From: Candidatus Saccharimonadota bacterium
Lineage (GTDB): Bacteria; Pseudomonadota; Gammaproteobacteria; Enterobacterales; Enterobacteriaceae
NCBI RefSeq assembly: GCF_000185985.2
Contig: NC_014909.2
Coordinates: forward strand, 690,586-722,585
Reading direction: 5' to 3'
Length of the DNA: 32,000 nt
Made by a program: the position numbers and the translations under genes. Positions 17,212 through 28,030 of this stretch are shown here, piece by piece (within the stretch, counting starts at the first letter, position 1; each line of letters starts with the position of its first letter). Below the pieces are notes generated by a model that saw nothing but the letters and a program-made list of their open reading frames with translations, did not search any database and was not told the origin of the DNA.

Positions 17212-18849
17212 TTAAATGATTTGTTTCCATCCTATTATCCAAATAGAAATTCCAAGTGAAAAAATGCAGATAGGTAAAAATGTAGTATATTGATTGTGTA
17301 TAACCAAATAAATACTAACAATAATAAATACTAATCCAATACCGAATAAGAAAAGTACTCGAGTATTGTGTGTGCGTTGTGTTCGTAATTCTATGGTTAA
17401 AATGTCTATTTTTTTATGTATTTCATTTGAATTTTTGAATTCATTGGATAATAGTGCAGGTAATTCTGGAATTTTATTTATCCAATAGGGCATTTTTTCA
17501 TTCAACATATATATTATATTTGATAGTTTTAATTGTTCTTTCATCCATTGTTCTAGAAATGGTTTGACGGATTCCCACAAGTTAAAATTAGGATACAATT
17601 GTCTTACTATACCTTCAACATATAATAGAGATTTTTGTAACAGAATTAATTGTGGTTGTACTTCCATATTAAAAAATCGAGCGGTGTTAAATAAATATAA
17701 TAATATATTGCTGAATGGAATGTCCTTGAGTGGTTTTTCAAAAATAGGCTCAAATACTGTTCTCATAGCATATTCAAAATCTTCAATGTTGGTATTCATA
17801 GGTATCCAACCTGAATCTAAATGTAATTCTGCTATTTTTCGATAATCACGATTAAAAAATGCAATAAAATTTGAAGCTAGATAATATTTATCTTTTTTGC
17901 CCAAAGAACCCACAATTCCACAATCGATGCTGATATATTTTGGGTTCTGAGGATCTTTATGACAAATAAAAATATTTCCAGGATGCATATCGCCATGAAA
18001 AAAGCTATCTCTAAAAACTTGGGTGAAAAATATTTCTAAACCTCTTTCAGCTAATAATTTCATATTGATACCTTTTTTTTTTAATAAACTTTTTTTGTAT
18101 ACCGGAATTCCATAAATACGCTCCATAACCATTACATTTTTACTGCAAAAATCTACGTATACTTTTGGGATGTATAGTATATTGCTAGACTTAAAGTTTC
18201 TACGCAATTGAATAGTATTGGCAGTTTCTTTAAGCAGATTGAGTTCATTAAATAAAGTTTTTTCATATTCTGCAATGATGTCTGAAAATTTAAATTTTCG
18301 ATCTTTTGGTAAAATTTTGTAGGTCCATTTTGATAATTTATACATTAATTTAATATCTATTGTAATAATGGGTAAAATTCCAGGTCGAATAACTTTGATT
18401 ACTATATTTTTTCCATTTTTTTTAAATTTTGCGGAGTGTACTTGAGAGATCGATGCAGATGCTAATGGAGTTTCTTGAAAGTCTTCAAACCATGTTTCTA
18501 AAGAACTTCCAATAGATTTTTCTATATATGTTTTAGCTAAATATCCATCAAAAGGATGTACCCGATCTTGTAGTATTGCTAATTGTTGTGCAATATCATC
18601 AGGTAAAATATCATGACGAGTAGAAAGCATTTGCCCTAATTTAATCCATATAGGTCCTAGTTCTTGTAATGCTAGACGTAATCGTTCTCCTGGCAATGAT
18701 TGAGAATGCTGATTAAATGTGTTTAATAAAAGTTGAATGCCTATTTTTAATGGCAAAATTAATCGATTTATAGGAATGAAATCTAATAGACCATAATTCA
18801 GTATTATTTTAATAATTAAACAAAACCTATTCCATTCGTTAAAAATCAT
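17212..18849 (-). CDS. ubiB: Ubiquinone biosynthesis protein UbiB (ABC1/atypical kinase family)
   Basis: 545-aa ORF. GERLRLALQELGPIWIKLGQMLSTR, PLASASISQVH, VIKVIRPGI, MVMERIYGIP, FFHGDMHPGNIF, IDCGIVGSL, FNRDYRKIAELH and two C-terminal hydrophobic helices are colinear with E. coli UbiB (546 aa). Confidence 0.95.
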   Translation of the reverse strand: MIFNEWNRFCLIIKIILNYGLLDFIPINRLILPLKIGIQLLLNTFNQHSQSLPGERLRLALQELGPIWIKLGQMLSTRHDILPDDIAQQLAILQDRVHPFDGYLAKTYIEKSIGSSLETWFEDFQETPLASASISQVHSAKFKKNGKNIVIKVIRPGILPIITIDIKLMYKLSKWTYKILPKDRKFKFSDIIAEYEKTLFNELNLLKETANTIQLRRNFKSSNILYIPKVYVDFCSKNVMVMERIYGIPVYKKSLLKKKGINMKLLAERGLEIFFTQVFRDSFFHGDMHPGNIFICHKDPQNPKYISIDCGIVGSLGKKDKYYLASNFIAFFNRDYRKIAELHLDSGWIPMNTNIEDFEYAMRTVFEPIFEKPLKDIPFSNILLYLFNTARFFNMEVQPQLILLQKSLLYVEGIVRQLYPNFNLWESVKPFLEQWMKEQLKLSNIIYMLNEKMPYWINKIPELPALLSNEFKNSNEIHKKIDILTIELRTQRTHNTRVLFLFGIGLVFIIVSIYLVIHNQYTTFLPICIFSLGISIWIIGWKQII

Positions 18850-19234
18850 TATATTTGCTCTAATTTTTTAAACGTTAATAAAAAATTTTGTTATTATTTT
18901 GACATATTGAATATTTTGATAAAATCACATGTTGGTTATCCCATGATAAATAAAAAGTAAGTTTTATATTTATTAGTAATAGTGAATTATTGTAATATTA
19001 TACATTAATAATGAGTTTTCGTTTTTATTTATAAAGATATTATTATTATAATTTATTTTATGAAAGATGTGATGTTTAAGTAATAAAATTGTACGTATTA
19101 TATCGTATTGTCAAATACGTGATTTTATTATAATTTTTCTATATGTTGTTTTTTTGATAAATATTATTGGTCAATTTATTATTGACAATATTAATTATAA
19201 TTGACTAGTTAAATTAAAGAACTTAAGTATTTTG

Positions 19235-19277
19235 ATTTGATCACTATTCTCTTACCAAGGAGGAATAGTGATCAAAT
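19235..19277. repeat. Perfect 15-bp hairpin in the ubiE-ubiB spacer, with an AGGAGG in the loop
   Basis: The left arm at 19235-19249 is atttgatcactattc. The right arm at 19263-19277 is gaatagtgatcaaat and is its exact reverse complement. The 13-nt loop is tcttaccaaggag. AGGAGG spans 19258-19263. A T-rich tail (atttatttgttttg) follows on the + strand only, whereas the flanking genes are on the - strand. Confidence 0.85.
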
Positions 19278-19456
19278 ATTTATTTGTTTTGTAAAGTTGA
19301 ATATTTATTAAATTTAAGTTATCGAGTTTTTGTTTAAGCAAGTAACATTTTTATTTGTTTATTTATTAGATGTTGAGCAGTTGTATGTATTGTATTGTTT
19401 AGGAAAGTAATGCGATTCACGTGTTTAATAAGTATTATTAAATCAGTGCTAATTTT

Positions 19457-20212
19457 TTATTTGTATGCATAATGTAAAACAGCTATTCCACCCGTCATAT
19501 TTATATATTTGATGTCTTGGAATCCTGTATTTGCAATCATAGTTTTTAATGTTTCTTGATCTGGATGCATACGAATAGATTCGATTAAATATTGATAACT
19601 TTTCATATCTTTTGCTATTATTGCTCCTATTTTAGGAATAACATGAAATGAGTATAGGTCGTATAATACAGATAATAATTTAAATATAGGTACACCAAAA
19701 TCTAAAATTAGTAATTTTCCACCTGGATTTAAAACTCGATACATTTCAAGTAGTGCTGCTGATTTGTTAGTAAAATTACGTAGGCCAAAAGATACGGCTA
19801 TTCGATGAAAGGTGTTATTAGCAAAAGGTAGTGCTTCAGCATCAGCTTGTATGTATTGGACGTTATTCAATATTCCTAAATTTCGTAATTTTTTTCGTCC
19901 TATTTTCAACATTTCAGTATTATTATCTAATAGTACTACTATTCCAGTTTGACCTACTAATTTTGAAAACAAAATACTTAAATCCCCAGTTCCTCCAGCT
20001 AAATCTAATACCTTGCATCCGTAAAATATTTCACTTTGACAAATTAAAAAATGTTTCCAAAGTCTATGTATGCCAAAAGACATGCAGTCATTCATTAAAT
20101 CATATTTGGTAGCTATTGTTTTGAATATAGCATTTACTAAGTATGATTTGATATGTTTATTAACGTTTTGGAATCCAAAATGGGTTGTGTCATCTTTATG
20201 TTTATTTTTCAT
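19457..20212 (-). CDS. ubiE: Ubiquinone/menaquinone biosynthesis C-methyltransferase
   Basis: 251-aa [39 protein letters not shown] (SAM motif I), [20 protein letters not shown] and [17 protein letters not shown] match E. coli UbiE. Confidence 0.95.
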   Translation of the reverse strand: MKNKHKDDTTHFGFQNVNKHIKSYLVNAIFKTIATKYDLMNDCMSFGIHRLWKHFLICQSEIFYGCKVLDLAGGTGDLSILFSKLVGQTGIVVLLDNNTEMLKIGRKKLRNLGILNNVQYIQADAEALPFANNTFHRIAVSFGLRNFTNKSAALLEMYRVLNPGGKLLILDFGVPIFKLLSVLYDLYSFHVIPKIGAIIAKDMKSYQYLIESIRMHPDQETLKTMIANTGFQDIKYINMTGGIAVLHYAYK

Positions 20213-20241
20213 ACATCTTTATGCAATAATGTATATTATAA

Positions 20242-21726
20242 TTAACGCTTGGTTTTATCGTCGGAGAATAATCCGGTTTCATTAGCAAGATTAATGTTAT
20301 TAGAAACAATTGGATGTTTTATTTGAACCCCAAGAGTTCTAAAATTTTCTGCTTGACTAATAATGTTGCCTTTACCTTCAGAGAATTTATTTTTGGCCGA
20401 ATTATATATAATTTCTGCTTTATTTAAATATTGTCCGATTTTGTTTAAGTCGTCCATAAATAACTTTAATTTATCATATAATCGTCCAGCTTTTTCTGCA
20501 ATTTTTTTGGCATTAAAGTTTTGATGTTCATAGCGCCATAAATTATTGATAGTTCTAAGAGCTATTAGTAATGTGGTAGGACTGACTAACATAATATTTT
20601 TATTCATAGCATCTGTTAATAATGAAGATTCTTTTTCAATAGCTATGGTAAAAGCTGATTCAATTGGAATAAACATTAAAATATAATCAAGTGTATTTAA
20701 TTGAAATAATTCTTGATAGTTTTTCTTGTTTAAGGATTTAATATGGGTGCGTAATGATTGTATATGATCATTAATAGCTAAACGTTTATCTTGTTCATTA
20801 TTGCTATTGAAATAACGTTCATAAGCTATGAGTGATATTTTTGAATCAATGACTACATCTTTACCATGGGGTAAATGCACGATTACATCAGGTTGTAATT
20901 TACGTCCATTTATTTCTTTTGTCATACTGACTTGTAAATGAAATTCATATCCTTCACGCATTCCAGATGCCTCTAATGCTTTAGTTAAAATCATTTCCCC
21001 CCAATTACCTTGAATTTTATTATTTCCTTTTAAAGCTTGGGTTAAATTAATAGTTTCTTGCGTAATTTTAGTATTTAATTGATGTAATTTATGAATTTCA
21101 TAAGTTAAATCATGTCGCATACGTTCTTCTTTAGAAAAATTGTTTTGTATTTGGTTAATAAAAATATTTATTTGTTCTCGAAGTGGATGAAGAATATTAT
21201 CTAGAGTTAAACGATTTTGTTCATTTATTGTATTTCTGTTTTGATCAAAAATACGGTTTGCTAAATTCTCAAATTGCATAGTTAACCGATGTTCATTATT
21301 AATCAGTATTTTTTCTTTGTTTATTGTAGATATTTTATATTCTTCAAATCGAACACATAACTCTTTTAGTTGTAAAGCTTGTTCATGATTAATATTTAAT
21401 TGAATTTTTAATTCGTTACATAATCGTTCATATTGGTGGCGATAATGATCTAATGATTTCAAACGTTCTTCTGTTGCAGATAGTTTGCTGTGTAGTTCGT
21501 GTATAATATGTGTTTTGTTGTACAACTTTTTTTCTATTTCATTTCTGAAAGTAGATTCATGTTTTAAATTTTGTAGTGTTGTATTTAAAGATTTTTCGTA
21601 AGTTATACAGTTATCTTTGTATTTTTGAATATTTTTTTTTATTAATTTTTTTGAGAATATATAAAAAAATATTATGCCTATAGCTGTGCCAATTGTGATG
21701 TATATAATAATCGAAATTATTTTCAT
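20242..21726 (-). CDS. rmuC: DNA recombination protein RmuC
   Basis: 494-aa ORF with an N-terminal TM helix, a long coiled-coil region, and the conserved C-terminal RmuC nuclease-like region (GNWGEMIL, PDVIVHLP, VVIDSKISL, DYILMFIPIESAF, VSPTTLLIALRTI). It lies immediately upstream of ubiE, as in E. coli. Confidence 0.9.
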   Translation of the reverse strand: MKIISIIIYITIGTAIGIIFFYIFSKKLIKKNIQKYKDNCITYEKSLNTTLQNLKHESTFRNEIEKKLYNKTHIIHELHSKLSATEERLKSLDHYRHQYERLCNELKIQLNINHEQALQLKELCVRFEEYKISTINKEKILINNEHRLTMQFENLANRIFDQNRNTINEQNRLTLDNILHPLREQINIFINQIQNNFSKEERMRHDLTYEIHKLHQLNTKITQETINLTQALKGNNKIQGNWGEMILTKALEASGMREGYEFHLQVSMTKEINGRKLQPDVIVHLPHGKDVVIDSKISLIAYERYFNSNNEQDKRLAINDHIQSLRTHIKSLNKKNYQELFQLNTLDYILMFIPIESAFTIAIEKESSLLTDAMNKNIMLVSPTTLLIALRTINNLWRYEHQNFNAKKIAEKAGRLYDKLKLFMDDLNKIGQYLNKAEIIYNSAKNKFSEGKGNIISQAENFRTLGVQIKHPIVSNNINLANETGLFSDDKTKR

Positions 21727-22895
21727 ATTTTTTTATGGGTTTGATCAAATTGTATTATCAATATTAGTATATGTTTGTAACATATTATTAAATAAATAAA
21801 AATTTATATAATAAAGTATTTTTTAATAAATTGAATATATAGAATGCGATTTGTTTTATTGTAAATTTAGAAATTGTAGCCTGTCTTTAGTAAGAAGTGT
21901 GTTAAAAACTTAATAATAATTCCAATTTATTACAAGAGATAATTTTTTTATTTTAAAATTATTGTTGAGATGGTATGTGGTGTTTAAACAAGTGTTGAAA
22001 CGTTGTATGTGCTGAATTTTAGTTTGGATTCATATATATGCATAAAAATAATATCCCTATTACAAGATGAGAATATAAAATAGATTATTGCTTGTGTTAT
22101 TTAATAATTATTTTTAAAGTATTTGCAACAATGAAGTTTTGTATTTTAATCAGATAATTTTATGCATACCAATACTATTGTGCAAGAATTTATGTTATAT
22201 GTTAGTTACAGTTTTTTGTGAGTATGATTTTATCATAAAAAAGTATGTTGAAATATTTGGTAGATTAGAGTGTAAATTATTTGAAGAAGATATCTAATTT
22301 GTACTACTTTGTGTATAATATATTCTAATTTCTCTTACTTTTAGTTTATGTGAGATATAAATTATTATAAAAATAAGCAACAGTTGTTTCCAATTTTATT
22401 GGAATATACGGTAATATCGTTAATAATTGTTTATTGTAATGATTTTATATATAGATGAAAAATAATTTTCTAATATATTCGCATAACACTTATATCTATA
22501 TAAGAAGAGATATATAATTTTAATTGATTTCTATATATTTTTAAAAATATTTTTTATCTTCTTATAATAAGATTAGGTTAATTTTTATTCTTATAAATAA
22601 GAATGTATGAATAATATTTAAATTTTTAAAAAATAAAGATCAGTATTTACTATTAATTTTTATTAGTTGTATCGTTAATATATAACGATTGATAAATATT
22701 TATAGTTATTTGTTTTGGTAAATCTATTTTTTATAGTAATCGAATTTTCGAAATATAAAATACCCAGAAATTGTATTATTATATTTTTTAGATTTAAATT
22801 ACAAAAACAATGAAGGTTAATTACTAAATATTAGCAATAATACTGGTATTTTAGAAAATTTTAAAACATCCATATAGATAATTATAATGTCATGA

Positions 22896-25214
22896 TCAAT
22901 GATTGAGGGAACTGCGTAATATTTTTGCAGCAGCAACCATATTATGTAATGAATGTTTTGTTTCAGACCATGATCTTGTTTTTAGCCCACAATCAGGATT
23001 TACCCATAATTTATCTTTTGGAATATATTTCAGAAATGTATTCAATTTTTTTACTAAACTAGATATAGAAGGCTTGTTAGTAGAATGAATATCATATATT
23101 CCTGGTCCAATTTCGTTTAAGTATTTTTCTGTATTTTTTTGTATAAATTGTAATAGTTTTAAATCTGATCTAGATGCTTCAATGCTAATGACGTCTGCGT
23201 CTAATTTTAAAAGATAATGCATTATTTCATCAAATTCAGAGTAGCACATATGAGTATGAATTTGAGTGTCGTTTTGTACTGATGATACAGTTATTTTAAA
23301 AGCATGAATAGCCCATGTTAAATATTTTTTTTGTTCGGATTTTTTTAAAGGCAATCCTTCTCTGAAAGCTGGTTCATCAATTTGAATTATACTAATTCCA
23401 GATTTTTCTAAATCCATCACTTCATCTCGTATTGATAAAGCTAATTGTAAAGCCACAGTATGACGTTTTATATCTTCACGTACAAAAGACCAAGTGAGTA
23501 TAGTAACGGGTCCAGTTAATATGCCTTTTATTGGTTTTTTTGTTAATGATTGAGCATAATTTATCCATTTTTGGGTAATAGGTTTAGTTCGACTGATGTC
23601 TCCAATAATTATTGGAGGCTTTACACATCTAGATCCATAACTTTGAATCCATCCGTGTTGAGTAAAGGAGAAACCATTTAAGTGTTCTCCAAAATATTCA
23701 ACCATATCATTACGTTCAGGTTCACCATGCACTAGAATATCCAAGTCTAATTTTTCTTGTTCTGTAATAATTTGTTTAATATATTGTTCAAGATTAGCAT
23801 GATAGTGATTTTTGTTAATTTGATTATTTTTAAATTTTAAACGCAAATTCCTAAGATCTTGGGTTTGTGGAAATGAACCAATAGTAGTTGTAGGATATAA
23901 TGGTAAATTGAAACGTTTACGTTGTAATTTGAATCGTATATGATGCGCTGTTTGTCTTGATACAGGCACATCAGAAATATTTTTACAACGTTCTTGAACT
24001 TTAGAGTTGTGTATAAAATCAGAATGTAACCTTGTATTATGAACAGAGTCATAATGTTGTTTAAGTATGTTTATTTTTAATGAATTATTATGATTACGAT
24101 TATTAAGAGTATCACATAGCATTTTTATTTCAGAACATTTTTGTAGTGCAAAGGAAAACCATGTTTTTATATTATTATTTAAATTGGTTTCTAAATTTAA
24201 ATCTATTGGGCTATGTAATAAAGAACAAGAAGAACCTATCCATATCTTACGTTGTGTGATTATAGGATATAATTGTTTAAACCAATAATATAGATTAGTT
24301 TTCCAAATATTTTTACCATTTATTATTCCGGCGGATAAAACCCAATTTTTTGGTAGTTGTTCATGTAGTAATAATATATTATTATTTTTTTGATTAGAAA
24401 CTAAATCTACATGTAATCCGTCTATTGAGAATTTTTCTATTAAATCTAATTGATGGTAAATACTATCGAAATAAGTTGTGAGTAATATTTTAAAATTGTT
24501 ATGATGTAATTTTTGATAAGCGTAAAGATATGCTTGTTTCCATTCATTTGGTAATTCTAAAACTAAAGCAGGTTCATCAATTTGTACCCAATTTATATTT
24601 TTTTTTGATAGGATGTCTAGGATTTCTTGATATACCAATAACAATGGGGATAATAAAGATAGTTTATCAAATTCTTTTTCTTTTGTTTTTCCAATCCAAA
24701 GATAAGTAAGGGGCCCTAGTATAATTGGTTTAATTGGATGATTATAATATGAAGAAGCTTCATCAATTTCATCAAATAGTTGAGTCCAATTGAGTTTAAA
24801 TTCTTGATCTTGGATAAATTCAGGAACTATGTAATGATAATTTGTATTGAACCATTTTTTCATTTCCGAAGGAATAATGTTAACATTATTTTTTGAATAG
24901 CCTCTAGCTATATTAAACAATATATCTAAATTATTTGTTGTTTGATTCGAAATAGAAGAATAGTATCGTTTTGGTATATTATTAAGCATCATACTTGTGG
25001 TAAGGACATGATCATACCAAGCAAAATCTCCAACTGGAATTAAATCTATTCCAGCTTTTATTTGTTGTCCCCAATGTCGTATACGTATCATTTTTCCGAT
25101 ATTTAATAGTTTGTCTTGATTAATTGTGTTACGCCAATATTGTTCCAGTGCATATTTTAATTCTCTATATAAACCAATTCTAGGAAATCCTAACGTATGA
25201 CCAAGTACTGTCAT
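22896..25214 (-). CDS. metE: Cobalamin-independent methionine synthase
   Basis: 772-aa ORF colinear with E. coli MetE (753 aa). Matching segments are HTLGFPRIG, GDFAWYDHVL, KWFNTNYHYIVPEF, TTTIGSFPQT, HGEPERNDMVEYFGE, SYGSRCVKPPII, IQIDEPAFREGLPL, THMCYSEF and WVNPDCGLKTR. A GGAG sits 8 nt upstream of the ATG. Confidence 0.97.
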   Translation of the reverse strand: MTVLGHTLGFPRIGLYRELKYALEQYWRNTINQDKLLNIGKMIRIRHWGQQIKAGIDLIPVGDFAWYDHVLTTSMMLNNIPKRYYSSISNQTTNNLDILFNIARGYSKNNVNIIPSEMKKWFNTNYHYIVPEFIQDQEFKLNWTQLFDEIDEASSYYNHPIKPIILGPLTYLWIGKTKEKEFDKLSLLSPLLLVYQEILDILSKKNINWVQIDEPALVLELPNEWKQAYLYAYQKLHHNNFKILLTTYFDSIYHQLDLIEKFSIDGLHVDLVSNQKNNNILLLHEQLPKNWVLSAGIINGKNIWKTNLYYWFKQLYPIITQRKIWIGSSCSLLHSPIDLNLETNLNNNIKTWFSFALQKCSEIKMLCDTLNNRNHNNSLKINILKQHYDSVHNTRLHSDFIHNSKVQERCKNISDVPVSRQTAHHIRFKLQRKRFNLPLYPTTTIGSFPQTQDLRNLRLKFKNNQINKNHYHANLEQYIKQIITEQEKLDLDILVHGEPERNDMVEYFGEHLNGFSFTQHGWIQSYGSRCVKPPIIIGDISRTKPITQKWINYAQSLTKKPIKGILTGPVTILTWSFVREDIKRHTVALQLALSIRDEVMDLEKSGISIIQIDEPAFREGLPLKKSEQKKYLTWAIHAFKITVSSVQNDTQIHTHMCYSEFDEIMHYLLKLDADVISIEASRSDLKLLQFIQKNTEKYLNEIGPGIYDIHSTNKPSISSLVKKLNTFLKYIPKDKLWVNPDCGLKTRSWSETKHSLHNMVAAAKILRSSLNH

Positions 25215-25503
25215 AATTTTTACTCCGTATAATAAAGTTTATAAATATTTTTGATTTATAAGAATGTCAATTGTAGTTCTTTAATTACAATTCCAAATAA
25301 ATAGAACGAATATTTAAAAGGTATAAGTTACTTATAACAAAAATAAAATTTTAACTGACATCAATTTTTAGTTAAAAATCTAAACTAATTTAGATTGAAG
25401 ATATAAATCTGTAAACTAAATTTTATTGAATATTTTTAGTTTAGTCAAATGAATCTAGTAAAATATATATGTTCTAATAATTTAACAGTGTCATATGCTA
25501 TAC

Positions 25504-26358
25504 TTAATTTTGTATAATTAACTTCATTTTTTTCATAGCATTTTTTTCTAATTGACGAATACGTTCTGCTGAAACACCATATTGATTAGCTAATTCTTGA
25601 AGTGTGGTTTTATTATCATTTGTATTTAACCATCGAGCTCGAATGATATGTTGACTACGTTTATCTAAAGAGTTTAAAGCTATGTTGAGTTTATTACTAA
25701 CTTGGTTGATCCATTCTTCTTCTTCATCAATCATAGTAACTTTGTCTTGTAAATATAGCATTGGTATAGATAAGATATTTTTTTCGTCATCATCTGAAGA
25801 TTGTTCAAAAGTCATATCTTGCGCAGCCATTCTAGATTCCATTTCGCGTACATCTTTACAAGTAACGTGCAAGGTTTTAGCGACCATTTCAATTTCTTCT
25901 TCATTGAACCAACCTAAGCGTTGTTTAGTTTTACGTAAATTAAAAAATAATTTTCGTTGAGCTTTAGTAGTGGCAATTTTTACAATACGCCAATTTTTGA
26001 GTACGTATTCATGAATTTCTGATTTAATCCAGTGTACTGCAAATGATACTAATCGTACATCTAATTCTGGGTTAAATCGGCGCACTGATTTCATTAATCC
26101 AATATTTCCTTCTTGTATTAAATCAGCTTGGGCTAATCCATAACCAGAATAATTGCGAGCAATGTGAACAACAAACCTTAAGTGTGAAACAATCAGTTTT
26201 TTAGCGGCATTTAAGTCACTGTTGTAGTATAGACGTTCAGCTAATTCTCGTTCTTCTTCTGCTGTTAACATGGGGTACAGATTGGTTGCTCGAATGTAAG
26301 CTTCTAAAGTTCCTTGAGGTACTAAACTTATATTTTTGTACATGTTTTCTGCTGTCAT
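25504..26358 (-). CDS. rpoH: RNA polymerase heat-shock sigma factor sigma-32
   Basis: The ORF is nearly identical to E. coli RpoH over long blocks ([64 protein letters not shown] (RpoH box), [34 protein letters not shown]). The track ORF is extended by 20 codons. The real start is the ATG at 26358 (MTAENMYKN...), preceded by AGGGGAA. Confidence 0.95.
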   Translation of the reverse strand: MTAENMYKNISLVPQGTLEAYIRATNLYPMLTAEEERELAERLYYNSDLNAAKKLIVSHLRFVVHIARNYSGYGLAQADLIQEGNIGLMKSVRRFNPELDVRLVSFAVHWIKSEIHEYVLKNWRIVKIATTKAQRKLFFNLRKTKQRLGWFNEEEIEMVAKTLHVTCKDVREMESRMAAQDMTFEQSSDDDEKNILSIPMLYLQDKVTMIDEEEEWINQVSNKLNIALNSLDKRSQHIIRARWLNTNDNKTTLQELANQYGVSAERIRQLEKNAMKKMKLIIQN

Positions 26359-27185
26359 ATATTCCCCTACTAAAATGATTATATGTGTATTGTATATAGA
26401 AATAGAAATGCATATCATATTTGATGTACAGAATTATATGACATACATGAAATTGTATATGGAGATAAATCTGTTGTTGAATTATTTATAATAATATCTT
26501 ATATTTCAGGTACATAATAGTTAATTATTATTATGTATTAGATTTAATTAATTTAGTACAATGTTGTTATGGTTATGTCGTATCGTATTAGATACGATGT
26601 TATTATTTTCCTTTTTAAGGAACTATTTCTTATAAAATAAATTAAAGTGAATATTTATTCATAGTATGTGAATAAGTATTATATTAAAAAATAGGTGTTT
26701 TAGTGTATATAAAAATAATATATAAGTTATTTTTATATTATTGATTGTATTAGATATATTGTTCATATATTTATATGATTTTTTAAATTTAATTTAATCA
26801 AATAGTAACAATGCATTTATTTATATTTAAATTTTATCATCATTTATAAAAATTGAATAGAATTCAATAAAATAATAATATGTTGGGTATGAGGGATAAT
26901 TTTCTATTTGATTAAACTAAATTATTTATTTATTAATAAAAATTATAATTGATCATTATTTTGTGTTTAAGAATGAAATTTGATTTTATATAGATTGTAA
27001 AATAAGCTAATTTGATAAGTTTATAAATTTAATATTTTTATATTCGTTTATTATGTACATTAGGTTTTGTATAAAAATATATTTTGTAAATATTCTGTAG
27101 CACAGAGGTTTTATATAATTGCGATTATTTCAACAATGTATAGAAAGATTGTTTATACTATACAAGGAAGGTATAAGTAGGGAAT

Positions 27186-27803
27186 ATGAAGATTCAGGCT
27201 AATTTTTCGAAAAGTAATAATGGAAAAATTCGGATCATTGCTGGCAAATGGAAGGGACGCAGTATACCTGTAATTAGTAAGATTGAAGTACGTCCTACTC
27301 TTTCTAGAATTCGAGAGACTTTGTTTAATTGGTTGAATCCTGTAATTGTAAATTCGATATGTTTAGATTGTTTTTCTGGTAGTGGTGCGTTGGGATTAGA
27401 GTCATTATCTAGAGGAGCTAAGAAAGTAACTTTTATTGATAATAGTAAAGCTTGCATTAATTTTTTAAAAAAAACTATTACTTCTTTTCAAGAAGATAGT
27501 AGTAGCATAACAATATGTACTGATTGTGTAAGTTGGTTGAAACAGTTAAGTAAAAATACTGTAACAGGTTATAATATTGTTTTTATTGATCCTCCATTTA
27601 ATAATAGATTCATAATATATGATATAGTATATTTATTAGAAAAAAATAATTATTTACAGAAAAAATCTTGGATTTATATTGAGACGTCTAAATTATTTAA
27701 TAAAGGGTTATTTAATAAAAATAAATTTCCTAATAATTGGGTGTTGTACAGAAAGATAGTTACGCAAACTATTTTATGTTGTATTTATTTTCGAAGTTCT
27801 TAA
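27186..27803 (+). CDS. rsmD: 16S rRNA (guanine966-N2)-methyltransferase
   Basis: 205-aa ORF. IRIIAGKWKGR, RPTLSRIRETLFNWL, CLDCFSGSGALGLESLSRGA and VFIDPPF (the DPPF catalytic motif) are colinear with E. coli RsmD/YhhF. AGGGAAT lies just upstream of the ATG. Confidence 0.9.
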   Translation: MKIQANFSKSNNGKIRIIAGKWKGRSIPVISKIEVRPTLSRIRETLFNWLNPVIVNSICLDCFSGSGALGLESLSRGAKKVTFIDNSKACINFLKKTITSFQEDSSSITICTDCVSWLKQLSKNTVTGYNIVFIDPPFNNRFIIYDIVYLLEKNNYLQKKSWIYIETSKLFNKGLFNKNKFPNNWVLYRKIVTQTILCCIYFRSS

Positions 27804-28030
27804 GAAATAAAATAAATCAATATTTTGTAGTTTTTATTCTGCATAAACGTTTCGAAGTGAAGATTTTTGGTTAGTTTTTGTATAGTAAATTGAATTAATG
27901 GTATAAATCAGTAAGCATTTCGGTATTTATTTTTATATATTGTGAGTAATGATGATTCATTATTTATTCTTGTTATAAGAATTGCAGATTATTGAATGCT
28001 TAGTAAATAATATACATGACATATTATTTA

